The notes: generated by a model not told the origin, from the letters alone. Positions 1 to 10,895 are shown, counted from the first letter of the stretch. The stretch is DNA of 63,304 nt from Gemmatimonadales bacterium (GCA_036522875.1 DATDEZ010000056.1:1-63304); one strand, 5' to 3'. Numbers and translations: made by a program.

Positions 1-1610
<1,610 letters not shown>

Positions 1611-1642
1611 GCGCGTAAGTTGCGGCGCCGCTTGCCGATGTT

Positions 1643-1670
1643 CAAGCGCGAACGTACGTTCGAGCGCTTG
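1643..1670. promoter_or_regulatory. Near-perfect 28-nt palindrome in the cstA / SDR divergent intergenic region; candidate operator or 5'-UTR hairpin
   Basis: CGAACGTACGTTCG (1649-1662) is a perfect 14-bp palindrome. It is flanked by CAAGCG (1643-1648) pairing with CGCTTG (1665-1670), with a 2-nt bulge (AG, 1663-1664). It lies 33-60 nt upstream of the cstA GTG and about 105 nt upstream of the SDR ATG. Confidence 0.4.
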
Positions 1671-1775
1671 AGTCCTCCGTCCTCGGGCAGCTCGTATCCC
1701 TGGTCAGCGGGCGCGCGGGAAGCCGCCGGCGCCGCGGTGCAGGAGCGGCCTCAAGCGCAGCGGGCGCGCGATGCG

Positions 1776-2531
1776 ATGCGCGGCCGAGTCGTGATGGTGA
1801 CAGGCGGTGCCACCGGACTGGGCCGCGCCGTCGCCCTCGAGTTCGCGCAAGTCGGCTGCGGGGTCGCGTTCAACTATGTCGAGATGCCGGGACGCGACGT
1901 CGGCGCGCAGGCGCTCCTGACTGAAACGGCCATCAAGGCCTACGGCGTGCCGTGCTACTCGGGCGTCTGCGACGTGCGCAAGATGACGTCAGTCGAACAG
2001 TTCGTCGCCGAAGTCCGAACGAAGCTCGGCGGCGTGCATTATCTCATCAACAACGCCGGCGTGACGCACGACGGCGCGCTCTGGCGGCTGACAGCGGAAG
2101 CGTGGCAGGAAGTGATGGACACGAACGTCAGCGGCGCCTTCAACTGCATTCACGCCGTCGCGCCGCAGATGCGCGCCCACCGCTTCGGCAAAATCGTCAA
2201 CGTCGCGAGTCACCAGGCCTTCCGTCCCGGCTTCGGCATTGCGAACTACGCGGCGAGCAAAGCCGCGCTCATCGGGCTCACCAAAGCCGCCGCGGTCGAC
2301 CTCGGCTCCGCGGGCATCAACGTCAACGCGGTCGCCCCCGGGTTCGTGAAAACCGAGCTGCTCACGCAGCTGCCGCGGGAAGTCCTCGAGCGGGCCGAGC
2401 ATGAGTCGGTCTTGGGGCGCGTCGCGGAGCCGGAGGACATCTCCCGTGTGATCCTGTTCTTGTGCAGCGAAGCGGCGCGACACATCACCGGACAAGTCAT
2501 CGTGGTGGACGGCGGCCTCACGCTCGCTTAA
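1776..2531 (+). CDS. Short-chain dehydrogenase/reductase, FabG-like 3-oxoacyl reductase family
   Basis: C-terminal 251 aa of ORF 585..2531. Motifs: Rossmann TGGATGLGRA, NNAG, catalytic YAASKAAL, and a PGFVKT...GQVIVVDGG tail. The start is set at ATG 1776 (MRGRVVMVTGG); upstream sequence is the cstA shadow. Confidence 0.85.
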   Translation: MRGRVVMVTGGATGLGRAVALEFAQVGCGVAFNYVEMPGRDVGAQALLTETAIKAYGVPCYSGVCDVRKMTSVEQFVAEVRTKLGGVHYLINNAGVTHDGALWRLTAEAWQEVMDTNVSGAFNCIHAVAPQMRAHRFGKIVNVASHQAFRPGFGIANYAASKAALIGLTKAAAVDLGSAGINVNAVAPGFVKTELLTQLPREVLERAEHESVLGRVAEPEDISRVILFLCSEAARHITGQVIVVDGGLTLA

Positions 2532-2532
2532 A

Positions 2533-3192
2533 TTGCGCGCCGTGACTAACCGCTTGAAAATTAAGTACTTGGTGGTAGGTGTCTGGTGTCTGGCGTCGGC
2601 GTGCGGCGGCAAGAAATCTTCTCAGACACCGGCCCCGGTCCCGACCGCCCCTCTTCCCACCGCCGGGATCGCCGGCCAGCGCGTGGCGCTGACGCCGCTC
2701 GCGCTGGTCGCGGCCGAGGACTCGCTGCACTGGGAGACGTTGCTCGCCGACCGGCGCGCCACGCTCGACAAGTGCGACAGCATCCTCGGCACGCTGCTCG
2801 CGGCGCGCGCGCCGGAGGTCACGTGGGCCGGTCCCGCTGAATTGCGGCGCATCGCGCGGCGCGCGCCCGGCATCGTGACCGACCCCGACCAGATGGGCAC
2901 GCCGTTGCTTCGCGCCACGAATATCGTCGACGTCCCGGATCCGCTGCGTTCGCAGGTCCGGACGCTCATGGGCCTCGTCGGCGGCCGGTACGCGCTAGTG
3001 CCTGCCGCGCTCGTGTTCCGGCGGACGGTCGGACAGACGGAAGGTCGGACCGCCACTGCCGAGCTTGCCATCGTCCTCATCGACAGCCGCGTCGGCAGAG
3101 TCGGCTGGCGGACGACGGCGCGGGGCGAGGGCGATGACCCGTGGACGGCGCTCACGCGAGCGGTCAAGAACCTCACACCCGGCGTGCCGTGA
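2533..3192 (+). CDS. Hypothetical lipoprotein
   Basis: ORF 2533..3192. The N-terminus KIKYLVVGVWCLASAC-GGKK has a lipobox-like signal. The real start may be TTG 2554 (MKIKYLVV...). No recognisable domain. It begins 2 nt after the SDR stop. Confidence 0.55.
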   Translation: MRAVTNRLKIKYLVVGVWCLASACGGKKSSQTPAPVPTAPLPTAGIAGQRVALTPLALVAAEDSLHWETLLADRRATLDKCDSILGTLLAARAPEVTWAGPAELRRIARRAPGIVTDPDQMGTPLLRATNIVDVPDPLRSQVRTLMGLVGGRYALVPAALVFRRTVGQTEGRTATAELAIVLIDSRVGRVGWRTTARGEGDDPWTALTRAVKNLTPGVP

Positions 3193-4211
3193 CCAAACGC
3201 GCGGCCACGCTGATCGCGGGTGACGGCATCGGGCCCGAGATCACGAACGTCACACTGCAGGCCCTCGACGCGCTCGGCGTCCAGTTCGACTGGGACGAGC
3301 AGTACGGCGGCATGGCGGCGGTCGAAAAGGCCGGGACACCGCTGCCCAACGCGACGCTGGACTCCATCCGCCGCACCAAGCTTTGCCTCAAGGGACCGCT
3401 CACCACCCCGGTCGGCGGCGGCTACCGCTCGGTCAACGTCGCGCTGCGGCAGGAATTCGATCTCTACGCCAACGTCCGGCCGACCAAGACGATCGTGCCG
3501 GGCGGGCGGTACGAGAATGTCGACCTCGTCATCATCCGTGAAAACACCGAAGGCTTGTACGTCGGCCTGGATCACACCTTCAAGGTCGGGGGCGACCGCC
3601 GCGCGATGGCGCAGGCGATGTCGATCGTCACGCGCGAAGGCAGCGAGCGCATCGCGCGCTACGCCTTCGAGTACGCGAAGACGCACGGCCGCAAGAAAGT
3701 CACGATCGTCCACAAGGCGAACATCCTGAAATCCACGTCGGGGCTGTTCCTGGAAGTCTCGCGCCGCGTCGCGGAGCAGTACGCTCCCGCGATCGTCGCG
3801 GAAGACAAGATCGTGGACAACACGGCGATGCAGCTCGTGATCAAGCCGGAGCAGTTCGACGTGATCGTCACGACGAATCTGTTCGGCGACATCCTGTCCG
3901 ACGAAGCGGCGGGTCTTGTCGGGGGTCTCGGCCTCGCGCCCGGCGCGAATATCGGGACGCACGCGGCGATCTTCGAGCCCGTGCACGGCTCGGCGCCCGA
4001 CATCGCGGGGAAGGGGATCGCGAATCCCTCGGCGCAGCTGCTGGCGGCCGCCATGATGCTCGATCATCTCGGCGAGCTCGACGCGGCGAAGCGGCTCCGT
4101 ACCGCGCTCGAGACCACGATCATTCAGGACAAGATTCGCACCGGCGACCTGGGGGGACGTGCTACTACGGCCGAATTCGGCGCCGCCGTGGTCCAGCGGA
4201 TTAGGGCCTAA
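3189..4211 (+). CDS. Isocitrate dehydrogenase, NAD-type (IDH3-like member of the isocitrate/isopropylmalate dehydrogenase family)
   Basis: ORF 3141..4211. Motifs: LIAGDGIGPEI, LYANVRP...VDLVIIRENTEGLY, NLFGDILSDEAAGLVGGLGLAPGANIG, HGSAPDIAGKGIANP. The start is placed at GTG 3189, which overlaps the upstream TGA as GTGA. Confidence 0.8.
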   Translation: MTKRAATLIAGDGIGPEITNVTLQALDALGVQFDWDEQYGGMAAVEKAGTPLPNATLDSIRRTKLCLKGPLTTPVGGGYRSVNVALRQEFDLYANVRPTKTIVPGGRYENVDLVIIRENTEGLYVGLDHTFKVGGDRRAMAQAMSIVTREGSERIARYAFEYAKTHGRKKVTIVHKANILKSTSGLFLEVSRRVAEQYAPAIVAEDKIVDNTAMQLVIKPEQFDVIVTTNLFGDILSDEAAGLVGGLGLAPGANIGTHAAIFEPVHGSAPDIAGKGIANPSAQLLAAAMMLDHLGELDAAKRLRTALETTIIQDKIRTGDLGGRATTAEFGAAVVQRIRA

Positions 4212-4476
4212 GCATCCGTGCGCCAAGTGCGGCACGGACACGCCGGGGATCGCGATCGGCGGACTCTGCGCCGACTGCCAGCGGCTGCTGGAGCGGCGTG
4301 CCGGCCGGATCGCGCGGTACGTGGCCATGGGCACGACGCTCCCGCTCGCGGTGTATGTCGCCTGGACGCTGCCCGTCGATCGCACGGCGCGGCTCGTGGG
4401 TGCGGCGAGTGTCCTTCTGTGGTACGCTCTGACGTTCGTGATTGCAAAGCGAGTCACTTTGGAGTGGCTGAAATGA
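4159..4476 (+). CDS. Small zinc-ribbon (CxxC...CxxC) protein with two predicted TM helices
   Basis: ORF 4159..4476 reads CAKCG...CADCQ followed by YVAMGTTLPLAVYVAWTL and LVGAASVLLWYALTFVIA. GTG 4159 is the only in-frame start, giving a 53-nt overlap with the IDH gene. Its stop is embedded in the next gene's ATG (ATGA at 4473-4476). Confidence 0.45.
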   Translation: MLLRPNSAPPWSSGLGPKHPCAKCGTDTPGIAIGGLCADCQRLLERRAGRIARYVAMGTTLPLAVYVAWTLPVDRTARLVGAASVLLWYALTFVIAKRVTLEWLK

Positions 4477-5879
4477 AAATGCGGAATACGGAATGCAAGA
4501 CGCGGAATGGCGTGGCCGGCGTCGCGGCGCTGACGTTCGCGGCGCTGGTGAGCGTCGCGCTACCACTCTCGGCGCAGACTTCTCTTTCCATTTATAGAGA
4601 CGGCCGAGTGGTCGTGCGGCGGACGTTACCGCAGGCGTTGCAGCAGGGCCGCAATGCATTGACGCTGCGGCTCGAGGCGCTCGATCCCGCTACGCTCTTC
4701 TCTACTGACACCAGTGTCGGCGTCGCTTCGGCGACGGTTCGCTATCCGACCTCGAAGGCCGATGCGCTCGCGCGCGCGACGGGTCAGACGCTGTCGTTCG
4801 TGCGCGGCACCGGTGATACCGTGAAGGCGACAGTCGTGCGCGTGGATCCGCCGCAGTACCGGCTGGCGGACGGCCGCTTGCTGCTCGAGCAACCCGGCGA
4901 GCCGCTGTTCCCGGCCGAGCTCGTGCGCTCCACACCAGAAGCCCAGGTCGTGCTCGATGCGTCGCGCGCCCGGCCGCGCACCGACATCGCGTATGTCGCT
5001 CAAGGCGTGTCGTGGGAGGCGCTGTATCAGGTCATCGTGACAGGTGTCAGGTGTCAGGTGTCGGGGGCCGCGACGATCACGTCGCAGGCGTTGCGCGCCG
5101 ACAGCGCCGAGGTGCAACTCGTCGCGGGCGCGATTCAGCGTACGCGTCCAGCGGCGCCTCCGTCCCCCATGTTGGCGGATCGCATGATGGTCGCGGGTGC
5201 GGAGGCCAAGCAGACGAGCGAAGAGGCGGTCGGTGAGACGCACGTCTACCAGCTTCCGGGTCGTCTGACGATCGAGCCCAACGTTCCAGTCGCGACGGCG
5301 CTGTTCCCGCGCAGCTCCGCGCCCATTACCGAGGAGCTCATCGTGCCGGGCGTCCTGCCGTGGCGCGGCTGGATCGGCCAAACTCCCGAGCCGGGCCGCG
5401 TCCCCGTGCAGGTCTGGTACACGATCAAGCGGGCCGCCAAGACGTCGTTCGGCGACCGGCCGCTGCCGGCGGGTACGGTGCAGCTCTATCAGGCGGATTC
5501 CGGCGGTCGACTCCAGCTCATCGGCGAAGCGGCGAACGACCACACGGCGCCCGGCCGCGACCTGCGGGTGCAGTCGGGCGATGCGTTCGACGTCACGGCT
5601 GAGCGGGTGCAGACCGACTACAACCAGGAGCAGCTGCCGCCGCAGCAGCGCGGGATGCCCGCGCGCCAGCGCGCAACGGCCTCCTACCGTGTCACCATAA
5701 CCAACGCGAAGGGCGAGCCGGTTACGGTCGACGTGCGTGAGGCGCATTTTGGCAGCTGGAAAATCACCGAGAGCAGCGTGCCGCCCGAAAAACTCTCGTC
5801 GACGGAATCGCGGTTTCGCGTGAATGTGCCGGCAGGTGGGACGGCGGTGTTGACGTACACGGTCCAGATCGAGTCATGA
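4473..5879 (+). CDS. Secreted DUF4139/DUF4140-family protein
   Basis: C-terminal 468 aa of ORF 4218..5879. It has a signal peptide (AALTFAALVSVALPLSAQ). Family-typical stretches: SLSIYRDGRVVVRRTL...GRNALTL, DIAYVAQGVSWEALYQV, VQLVAGAI, THVYQLPGRLTIEPN, and a C-terminal VTITNAKGEPVTVDV...VLTYTVQI. Confidence 0.7.
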   Translation: MKMRNTECKTRNGVAGVAALTFAALVSVALPLSAQTSLSIYRDGRVVVRRTLPQALQQGRNALTLRLEALDPATLFSTDTSVGVASATVRYPTSKADALARATGQTLSFVRGTGDTVKATVVRVDPPQYRLADGRLLLEQPGEPLFPAELVRSTPEAQVVLDASRARPRTDIAYVAQGVSWEALYQVIVTGVRCQVSGAATITSQALRADSAEVQLVAGAIQRTRPAAPPSPMLADRMMVAGAEAKQTSEEAVGETHVYQLPGRLTIEPNVPVATALFPRSSAPITEELIVPGVLPWRGWIGQTPEPGRVPVQVWYTIKRAAKTSFGDRPLPAGTVQLYQADSGGRLQLIGEAANDHTAPGRDLRVQSGDAFDVTAERVQTDYNQEQLPPQQRGMPARQRATASYRVTITNAKGEPVTVDVREAHFGSWKITESSVPPEKLSSTESRFRVNVPAGGTAVLTYTVQIES

Positions 5880-6727
5880 CGGTTCAGATCGCGCACATCG
5901 GAGACCTGCATTTCGGCGGCGTCGCCGATATTCCGGTCGTCGAGGCGCTCGAGCATCTGCTGCCGGACCTGCGGCCCGACGCGATCGTCATCGGCGGTGA
6001 CCTGTCGCAGCGCGCGCGCCACGGTGAATTCCAGCGCGGCCGCGCGTTCGCCAATCTGTGCCGCGAAACCGCGCCGGTGCTCGTGATTCCCGGCAACCAC
6101 GACGTACAGTGGTGGCGTCGTCCGCTCATCCCCTTCGGCAAGTCGGCCGTCTACGAGAAATTCCGCAGCTACTTCGGCGCCGACCTCACGCCGACGCTCA
6201 CGATTCCCGGCGGCGCGATCATCGCGTCGGCGCTGACGGCGAACGGGGTCGCCTGGGGCTCGCTGACGCCGCGCCTCCGCGACATCGCGGTGAAAGGACA
6301 TTTGCCGAAGAAGGAGATCGAGCGCGTCAAAGCCGTGTTTGCCCAGGCCGAAGCGGGAATCCCGCGCGTCCTGGTCGTGCACCATAACGTGCTGCGCGGC
6401 GAGATGTCGAAGCGCATGGGCCTGGCCCGCTGGCGCCAGGCGCAACGGCGCATCGTGGAAGCCGGCACGGACGTCGTGCTGTGCGGGCACGATCATCAGG
6501 AAGGCGCCGAGCTGCTCGACGGCAAAGTGGCGGTGTCGACGGCGGGAACGCTGTCGACGCGCGCGCGCGGCGGGCGAGCCGTCTCCTTCAACTTCGTGAC
6601 GATCGACCCCGCGGCCGTGCAAGTCACCTTTTTCCGGTGGGACGCGGCCAAGCAGCGCTTTCAGCCTTCTGATACCGCTGCATTTGCCCGGAAGGCCGCC
6701 GGTCTCCAGCCCCAAGCCGCGCACTAG
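5876..6727 (+). CDS. Calcineurin-like metallophosphoesterase
   Basis: ORF 5876..6727. Motifs: IAHIGDLHFG, IGGDLSQ, IPGNHD, VVHHN, LCGHDH. It has an ATGA overlap with the upstream gene. Confidence 0.8.
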   Translation: MTVQIAHIGDLHFGGVADIPVVEALEHLLPDLRPDAIVIGGDLSQRARHGEFQRGRAFANLCRETAPVLVIPGNHDVQWWRRPLIPFGKSAVYEKFRSYFGADLTPTLTIPGGAIIASALTANGVAWGSLTPRLRDIAVKGHLPKKEIERVKAVFAQAEAGIPRVLVVHHNVLRGEMSKRMGLARWRQAQRRIVEAGTDVVLCGHDHQEGAELLDGKVAVSTAGTLSTRARGGRAVSFNFVTIDPAAVQVTFFRWDAAKQRFQPSDTAAFARKAAGLQPQAAH

Positions 6728-6776
6728 CGTAGGGTGTAGCTTTGGCGTCTTGTACTTTACTGGGAGCTTGTGACTG

Positions 6777-7961
6777 ATGGCTTCGAAGTTCCACGGCGTG
6801 GATTTCTACAACATCGACGGCCTGCTCAGCGAAGAAGAGCGCGCGATCCGCGACACCGTTCGCGAGTGGGTCGACGACAATCTGATGCCCGTCATCGGCG
6901 AAGCGTACGTCGCCGGCAAGTTTCCCAAGCAGCTCATCCCCGGCATGGCGGAGCTCGGCCTCTTCGGCGCGAATCTCCCGGAAGAGTATGGCTGCGCGGG
7001 GCTGAATAACGTCGCGTATGGGCTGATCATGCAGGAGCTCGAGCGGGGCGATTCGGGCGTGCGGTCGTTCGCGTCGGTGCAGGGCGCGCTGGTGATGTAC
7101 CCGATCTATACCTTCGGCTCCGAGGACCAGAGAAAAAAGTGGCTGCCGCAGATGGCGAGCGGCAAAGTGATCGGGTGCTTCGGACTCACCGAGCCCGATT
7201 ACGGCTCGAACCCCGCCGGCATGATCACCGTCGCGAAGGAAACCAAAGACGGCTGGGTGCTGAACGGCGCGAAGATGTGGATCACGAACGGGTCCACCGC
7301 GCAGGTCGCGGTCGTGTGGGCGAAGACCGGCGCGCTCGATGACGCCAACGCGATCCGCGGTTTCATCGTCCCCACCGACACGAAGGGCTTCTCGGCGAAG
7401 GATCAGAAGGGCAAGCTGTCGCTGCGCGCGAGCGACACCAGCGAGCTCGTGCTCCAGGACGTCCACCTCCCGAAGGACGCCCTGCTGCCGACGTCCGGCG
7501 GCCTCAAGTCGCCGCTCATGTGTCTGACCGCGGCGCGGTACGGCATTGCGTGGGGCGCCGTCGGCGCCGCGATGGCGTGCTATGACGAAGCGGTGAGTTA
7601 CGCCAAGCAGCGCGTGATGTTCGCGAAGCCGATCGGCGGATTCCAGCTGCAGCAGGCGCGCCTCGCCGACATGCTGACCGAAATCACGAAAGCGCAGCTC
7701 CTGTGCCTGCAGCTCGGCCGGCTCAAGGACGATGGCAAATCCACACCGCAGCAGGTGAGCCTGGCGAAGCGCAACAACGTGGACATGGCGACCGACATCG
7801 CGCGCGAGACGCGGCGGCTCCTCGGCGCCAACGGTATCCTCGCCGAGTATCAGGCGATGCGCCACCTCGCGAATCTCGAATCGGTGTACACGTACGAGGG
7901 CACCCACGACATCCACACGCTGATCCTCGGCCAGGAGATCACGGGCCTGTCCGCGTTTTAG
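6777..7961 (+). CDS. gcdH: Glutaryl-CoA dehydrogenase (acyl-CoA dehydrogenase family)
   Basis: ORF 6777..7961. Motifs: GCFGLTEPDYGSNP, MWITNG, GKLSLRASDTSELVLQDV, YTYEGTHDIHTLILGQEITG. This pattern is typical of GCDH-type ACADs. Confidence 0.85.
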   Translation: MASKFHGVDFYNIDGLLSEEERAIRDTVREWVDDNLMPVIGEAYVAGKFPKQLIPGMAELGLFGANLPEEYGCAGLNNVAYGLIMQELERGDSGVRSFASVQGALVMYPIYTFGSEDQRKKWLPQMASGKVIGCFGLTEPDYGSNPAGMITVAKETKDGWVLNGAKMWITNGSTAQVAVVWAKTGALDDANAIRGFIVPTDTKGFSAKDQKGKLSLRASDTSELVLQDVHLPKDALLPTSGGLKSPLMCLTAARYGIAWGAVGAAMACYDEAVSYAKQRVMFAKPIGGFQLQQARLADMLTEITKAQLLCLQLGRLKDDGKSTPQQVSLAKRNNVDMATDIARETRRLLGANGILAEYQAMRHLANLESVYTYEGTHDIHTLILGQEITGLSAF

Positions 7962-10803
7962 CCTCGGCCGCGCGCGCCCGCGCCCGGAACGGCGCGTCGC
8001 CGTCACGCCAGGCGCTTGCCACCCACCGATACTCTATCGCCGCGCTGTCACGCTGGCCCGCGGCTTCGTACGCGCGGGCCAGCAGCTCGTGCAGCTCCGT
8101 GTGAGTGACGTAGAGATTGCTGGCTTCGAGACCGCCCCGGATTGCGGCGCCGAGCAGGGGAATGGCGTCGCGCGGCTGACCCGTCGCCACGAGATCCTGC
8201 GCCAGCAGATAGTTGATGCGTGTGTACCCGAAAGTCGGCGACGTCAGCGCCTGACGATACTCGGCGACCGCGTCGGCCGGCCGGTGCCGCGCGTCCCACA
8301 ACAGGCCGCGCGCATAGTGATACATGCGCTGGTCCCGCGCGTACCCGCTGCGGGCACCGACACGTTGCAGCGTATCGACGAGCAGCGCGACGCGCGCCGT
8401 GTCACCCGCTGCCGCGAATCCGGTGACCTCGTGCGTCAGCATCCACGTATGCTGGCGCGCCGCCTGCCCGATGCTGGTGTCGCTGAGCACCCAGCGCTGC
8501 CGCATCGAATCGAACACCGCCGCCGCCGCGAGCGGCCGGCCCGCCTCCATCAGCACGATCGCCCGCAGCAGCGGCGCGGTGCCGAGCACCCGAGTGTCGG
8601 GGTCGTGTTGGGATTCGCGCTCGTAGGCCCGCGCGGCCGTGAGCGCCTGACCGAGCTTGCCCTGCATCCGGTCGCTCAGCACCTCGAGCCAATAGCCGCC
8701 GTGCTTTTGCATTCCGGACAGCGAAGACAGGAGCGTGATCTGGCGCTTCGCCTCGTCGAAATCGCCGAGGACGAGCGCCTGTCGTGCCGCCTGATTTGCC
8801 GCCTCGATCGGCGTCGGGTTCAGGCTGTCGACCCACACCGCGAACTTCTGCCGCGCTTCGGCGGCGCGGCCCAGTCCCGCGAGCAAGAAGAACTCGCTCG
8901 GCAGCGCGCCGGCATTCGTCGGCTGCACGCTCCGCAGCCAGCGCAGCATCGCGAATTCCTGCGGCACCGAATCCATCGCGCTATAGGCGCTCAGCATTCC
9001 ATCGATCGCCAGACAGGCGCGACAGTCCCTGCCGCCAGCCGCGATGGCCGCTGAATCGAGCTCGGCGAGCCGGCGATAGAGCCGGAGCTGGCCCGGATAA
9101 TCCGCCGCCAGCCAGTGCGCGCTCCCCGCGAGCGAGTAGCCCTCGACCTCGAGTGGAAAGAACGTGATCAGGGAGTCCGCGATGGCGACCGCACCGGGAG
9201 ACTGATCCGCGATCGCCCAATACGTGCGCATTAGCAGGCGACCGTACCGATTGCCTTCGGCCGCGCCGGACCGCTCGGCGAGCGCCAGGGTTCGGCGGGC
9301 GAGCGCGCGCACGGCGGTCAGCGGAGTGCCCAGCTGCCCGCGCGTCTGCACGGCGTAGTACAGCGCGAGGACGTACGTCGAGTCCTCGTTGACCGCGAGG
9401 CCGAACAACGCGTCGGCCGCGGCGTAATCGCGGCGATAGTAGGCGCGCAGCCCGTCGTCGAAATAGCGCTGCGCCATCAGCGAGGTCGGCGCGATCTCGG
9501 CGACGCCGGTCTCGGGCACGGGCCGGCGCAGCTCGGCCGCGAGACGCGCCGTCACGCTGTCGGCCACGGCGAACGGATCGTGTCCGTGAACGATCCAGGA
9601 GCGGCGCACCGCGCCGGTGCCAAGCTCGACGAGCCGCAGATCGACGCGCCAGCCGTCGGCCTGCGGGTAGATCTCGCCTTCCACGAGGCGGTCGGCGCCC
9701 GCGAGCTTCGCGGCTCGCAACAGCGCCGCCGGCGTGAGCGCGTCACCGGCGTTGAGGTCGCCTGAGACCTCGTACAGGCGCGCGCGACTGATGACCTGCA
9801 CATCACGCACGTTGCCGAGGCCGGTGGCGATGAGCTGTGGCAGGGTTGCGGCGATGTTGGCCGAATCCGTCGGACTTTGGGCGACGAGCGCGCCGACCGC
9901 GAGCACGGGGGTCGGCGTCGAGCGGCGTGAGGCCAGGCCCCAGACCGCGAGCGCCAGGACGAGCACGGCGGCAGCGGGCCACCACCGCACGTGCACGTGG
10001 CGACGCGGCACGGCCGGTGACGACCAGCTCGCGGAATCGGCGCGCGAAGGCGGTTGCGGCGGCGAGACCGCGGGGGTCGGGCGGCGCTCACGCAGCGTCT
10101 TCACGAGACCGCGGAGCTCGGGGCTTGGCTCGACGCCGAGCTCGGCCTGGAGTCGCTTCTCGAACTCCTCGAAGCGACGCAACGCGTCCACGCGGTCGCC
10201 CGCGGCATCCAGCAATCGCAGCAACCGCGCCACTGCCCGCTCGTTCAGCGGTTGCAGTTCGAGCGCGCGCACGGCCCAGAAGCGCGCCGTCGACGCGCGC
10301 GCCGCCGCCGCTTCCTGGTCGCTCAAGCGCTCGGCCGCCGCGAATGCCGCGTCGCGATAGCGGCGCCGCGTCTGGTCGATCCACTCATCCAGCTCCGGCG
10401 CCGCGTCCGAAACGAAGAAGCCCGCGAGCAAGTCGCCGCGATACAGCGCGAGCGCGTCCGCATCTCTGCCGGCCGCGATGTGATCGAAGAACGTGGCCGC
10501 GTCGGATGTCAGCCGGTCGGCGGCGACGTCGATCTCCTCTTCGCCGCGCGTGACGATGACACCTTCGCCCAAGTGGGAGCGGAGGAAATGCAGCGTGCGC
10601 CGGAGCGAGGCGCGCGCCGGCTCGCCCGCCGTCTCCGGCCAGAACAGCGGCAGCAGGCCGTCCCGGCGGCGGAAGCCGCGTGGCTCGGCCAACGCGAGGT
10701 AGGCGAGGAGCGCGAAGCGTTTCGGCTGCGACAGGACGGGGCGGATTTCCTGCCCGTCATCCCCCGTAAGTCCCAGCGAGCCGAGCAGTTGGAGACGCAG
10801 CAT
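7939..10803 (-). CDS. Membrane-anchored one-component regulator: OmpR-type winged helix, BTAD (SARP-like), one TM helix, a periplasmic domain and TPR repeats
   Basis: C-terminal 954 aa of ORF 7939..11154, with the start at ATG 10803 (MLRLQLLGSLGL...). The winged helix includes KRFALLAYLALAEPRGFRRRDGLLPLFWPE. The BTAD part includes ALALYRGDLLAGF...ELDEWI...LQPLNERAVARLLRLLDAAGDRVDALRRFEEFEKRLQAELGVEPSPEL. The TM helix is WWPAAAVLVLALAVWGL. A long TPR-like C-terminus follows. Confidence 0.8.
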   Translation of the reverse strand: MLRLQLLGSLGLTGDDGQEIRPVLSQPKRFALLAYLALAEPRGFRRRDGLLPLFWPETAGEPARASLRRTLHFLRSHLGEGVIVTRGEEEIDVAADRLTSDAATFFDHIAAGRDADALALYRGDLLAGFFVSDAAPELDEWIDQTRRRYRDAAFAAAERLSDQEAAAARASTARFWAVRALELQPLNERAVARLLRLLDAAGDRVDALRRFEEFEKRLQAELGVEPSPELRGLVKTLRERRPTPAVSPPQPPSRADSASWSSPAVPRRHVHVRWWPAAAVLVLALAVWGLASRRSTPTPVLAVGALVAQSPTDSANIAATLPQLIATGLGNVRDVQVISRARLYEVSGDLNAGDALTPAALLRAAKLAGADRLVEGEIYPQADGWRVDLRLVELGTGAVRRSWIVHGHDPFAVADSVTARLAAELRRPVPETGVAEIAPTSLMAQRYFDDGLRAYYRRDYAAADALFGLAVNEDSTYVLALYYAVQTRGQLGTPLTAVRALARRTLALAERSGAAEGNRYGRLLMRTYWAIADQSPGAVAIADSLITFFPLEVEGYSLAGSAHWLAADYPGQLRLYRRLAELDSAAIAAGGRDCRACLAIDGMLSAYSAMDSVPQEFAMLRWLRSVQPTNAGALPSEFFLLAGLGRAAEARQKFAVWVDSLNPTPIEAANQAARQALVLGDFDEAKRQITLLSSLSGMQKHGGYWLEVLSDRMQGKLGQALTAARAYERESQHDPDTRVLGTAPLLRAIVLMEAGRPLAAAAVFDSMRQRWVLSDTSIGQAARQHTWMLTHEVTGFAAAGDTARVALLVDTLQRVGARSGYARDQRMYHYARGLLWDARHRPADAVAEYRQALTSPTFGYTRINYLLAQDLVATGQPRDAIPLLGAAIRGGLEASNLYVTHTELHELLARAYEAAGQRDSAAIEYRWVASAWRDGDAPFRARARAAEAKTRTGP

Positions 10804-10844
10804 AGGTGCCAGCCAATGGTGCGGCCGGTGGCGTGACCTGGCAA

Positions 10845-10895
10845 GGGACGCTTGGGATTCGTGGGGGACGCATGAGGGACCGGCGGGAGACGGGA
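10845..10895. promoter_or_regulatory. Six phased GGGA(C) motifs in the regulator/operon divergent promoter region; candidate operator array
   Basis: GGGA starts at 10845, 10854, 10865, 10876, 10885 and 10892, with spacings of 9, 11, 11, 9 and 7 nt. Three copies are GGGAC. All lie in the 130-nt intergenic gap 10804-10933. A GGAG Shine-Dalgarno at 10923-10926 precedes ATG 10934. Confidence 0.3.

Noticed and set aside
2622-4457. A 611-aa minus-strand ORF, together with many similar long ORFs: 6624..8006-, 5684..6724-, 12981..14159-, 14006..15241-, 16360..17622-, 17625..18776-, 19317..20852-, 31206..33041+, 35714..36802-, 37426..38445-, 42562..43755-, 44810..46129-, 55876..57123-, 61569..62957-.
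   Set aside because: All are R/D/H/G/A-rich and low in complexity, with no recognisable motifs. Each lies exactly antisense to, or out of frame with, a gene with clear family signatures (IDH, gcdH, OmpA-like, etfAB, ETF-QO, gpmI, the APC permease, nrnA, rsbR, MATE, the VanX-M1 fusion, the AI-2E transporter). They are classic high-GC shadow ORFs.
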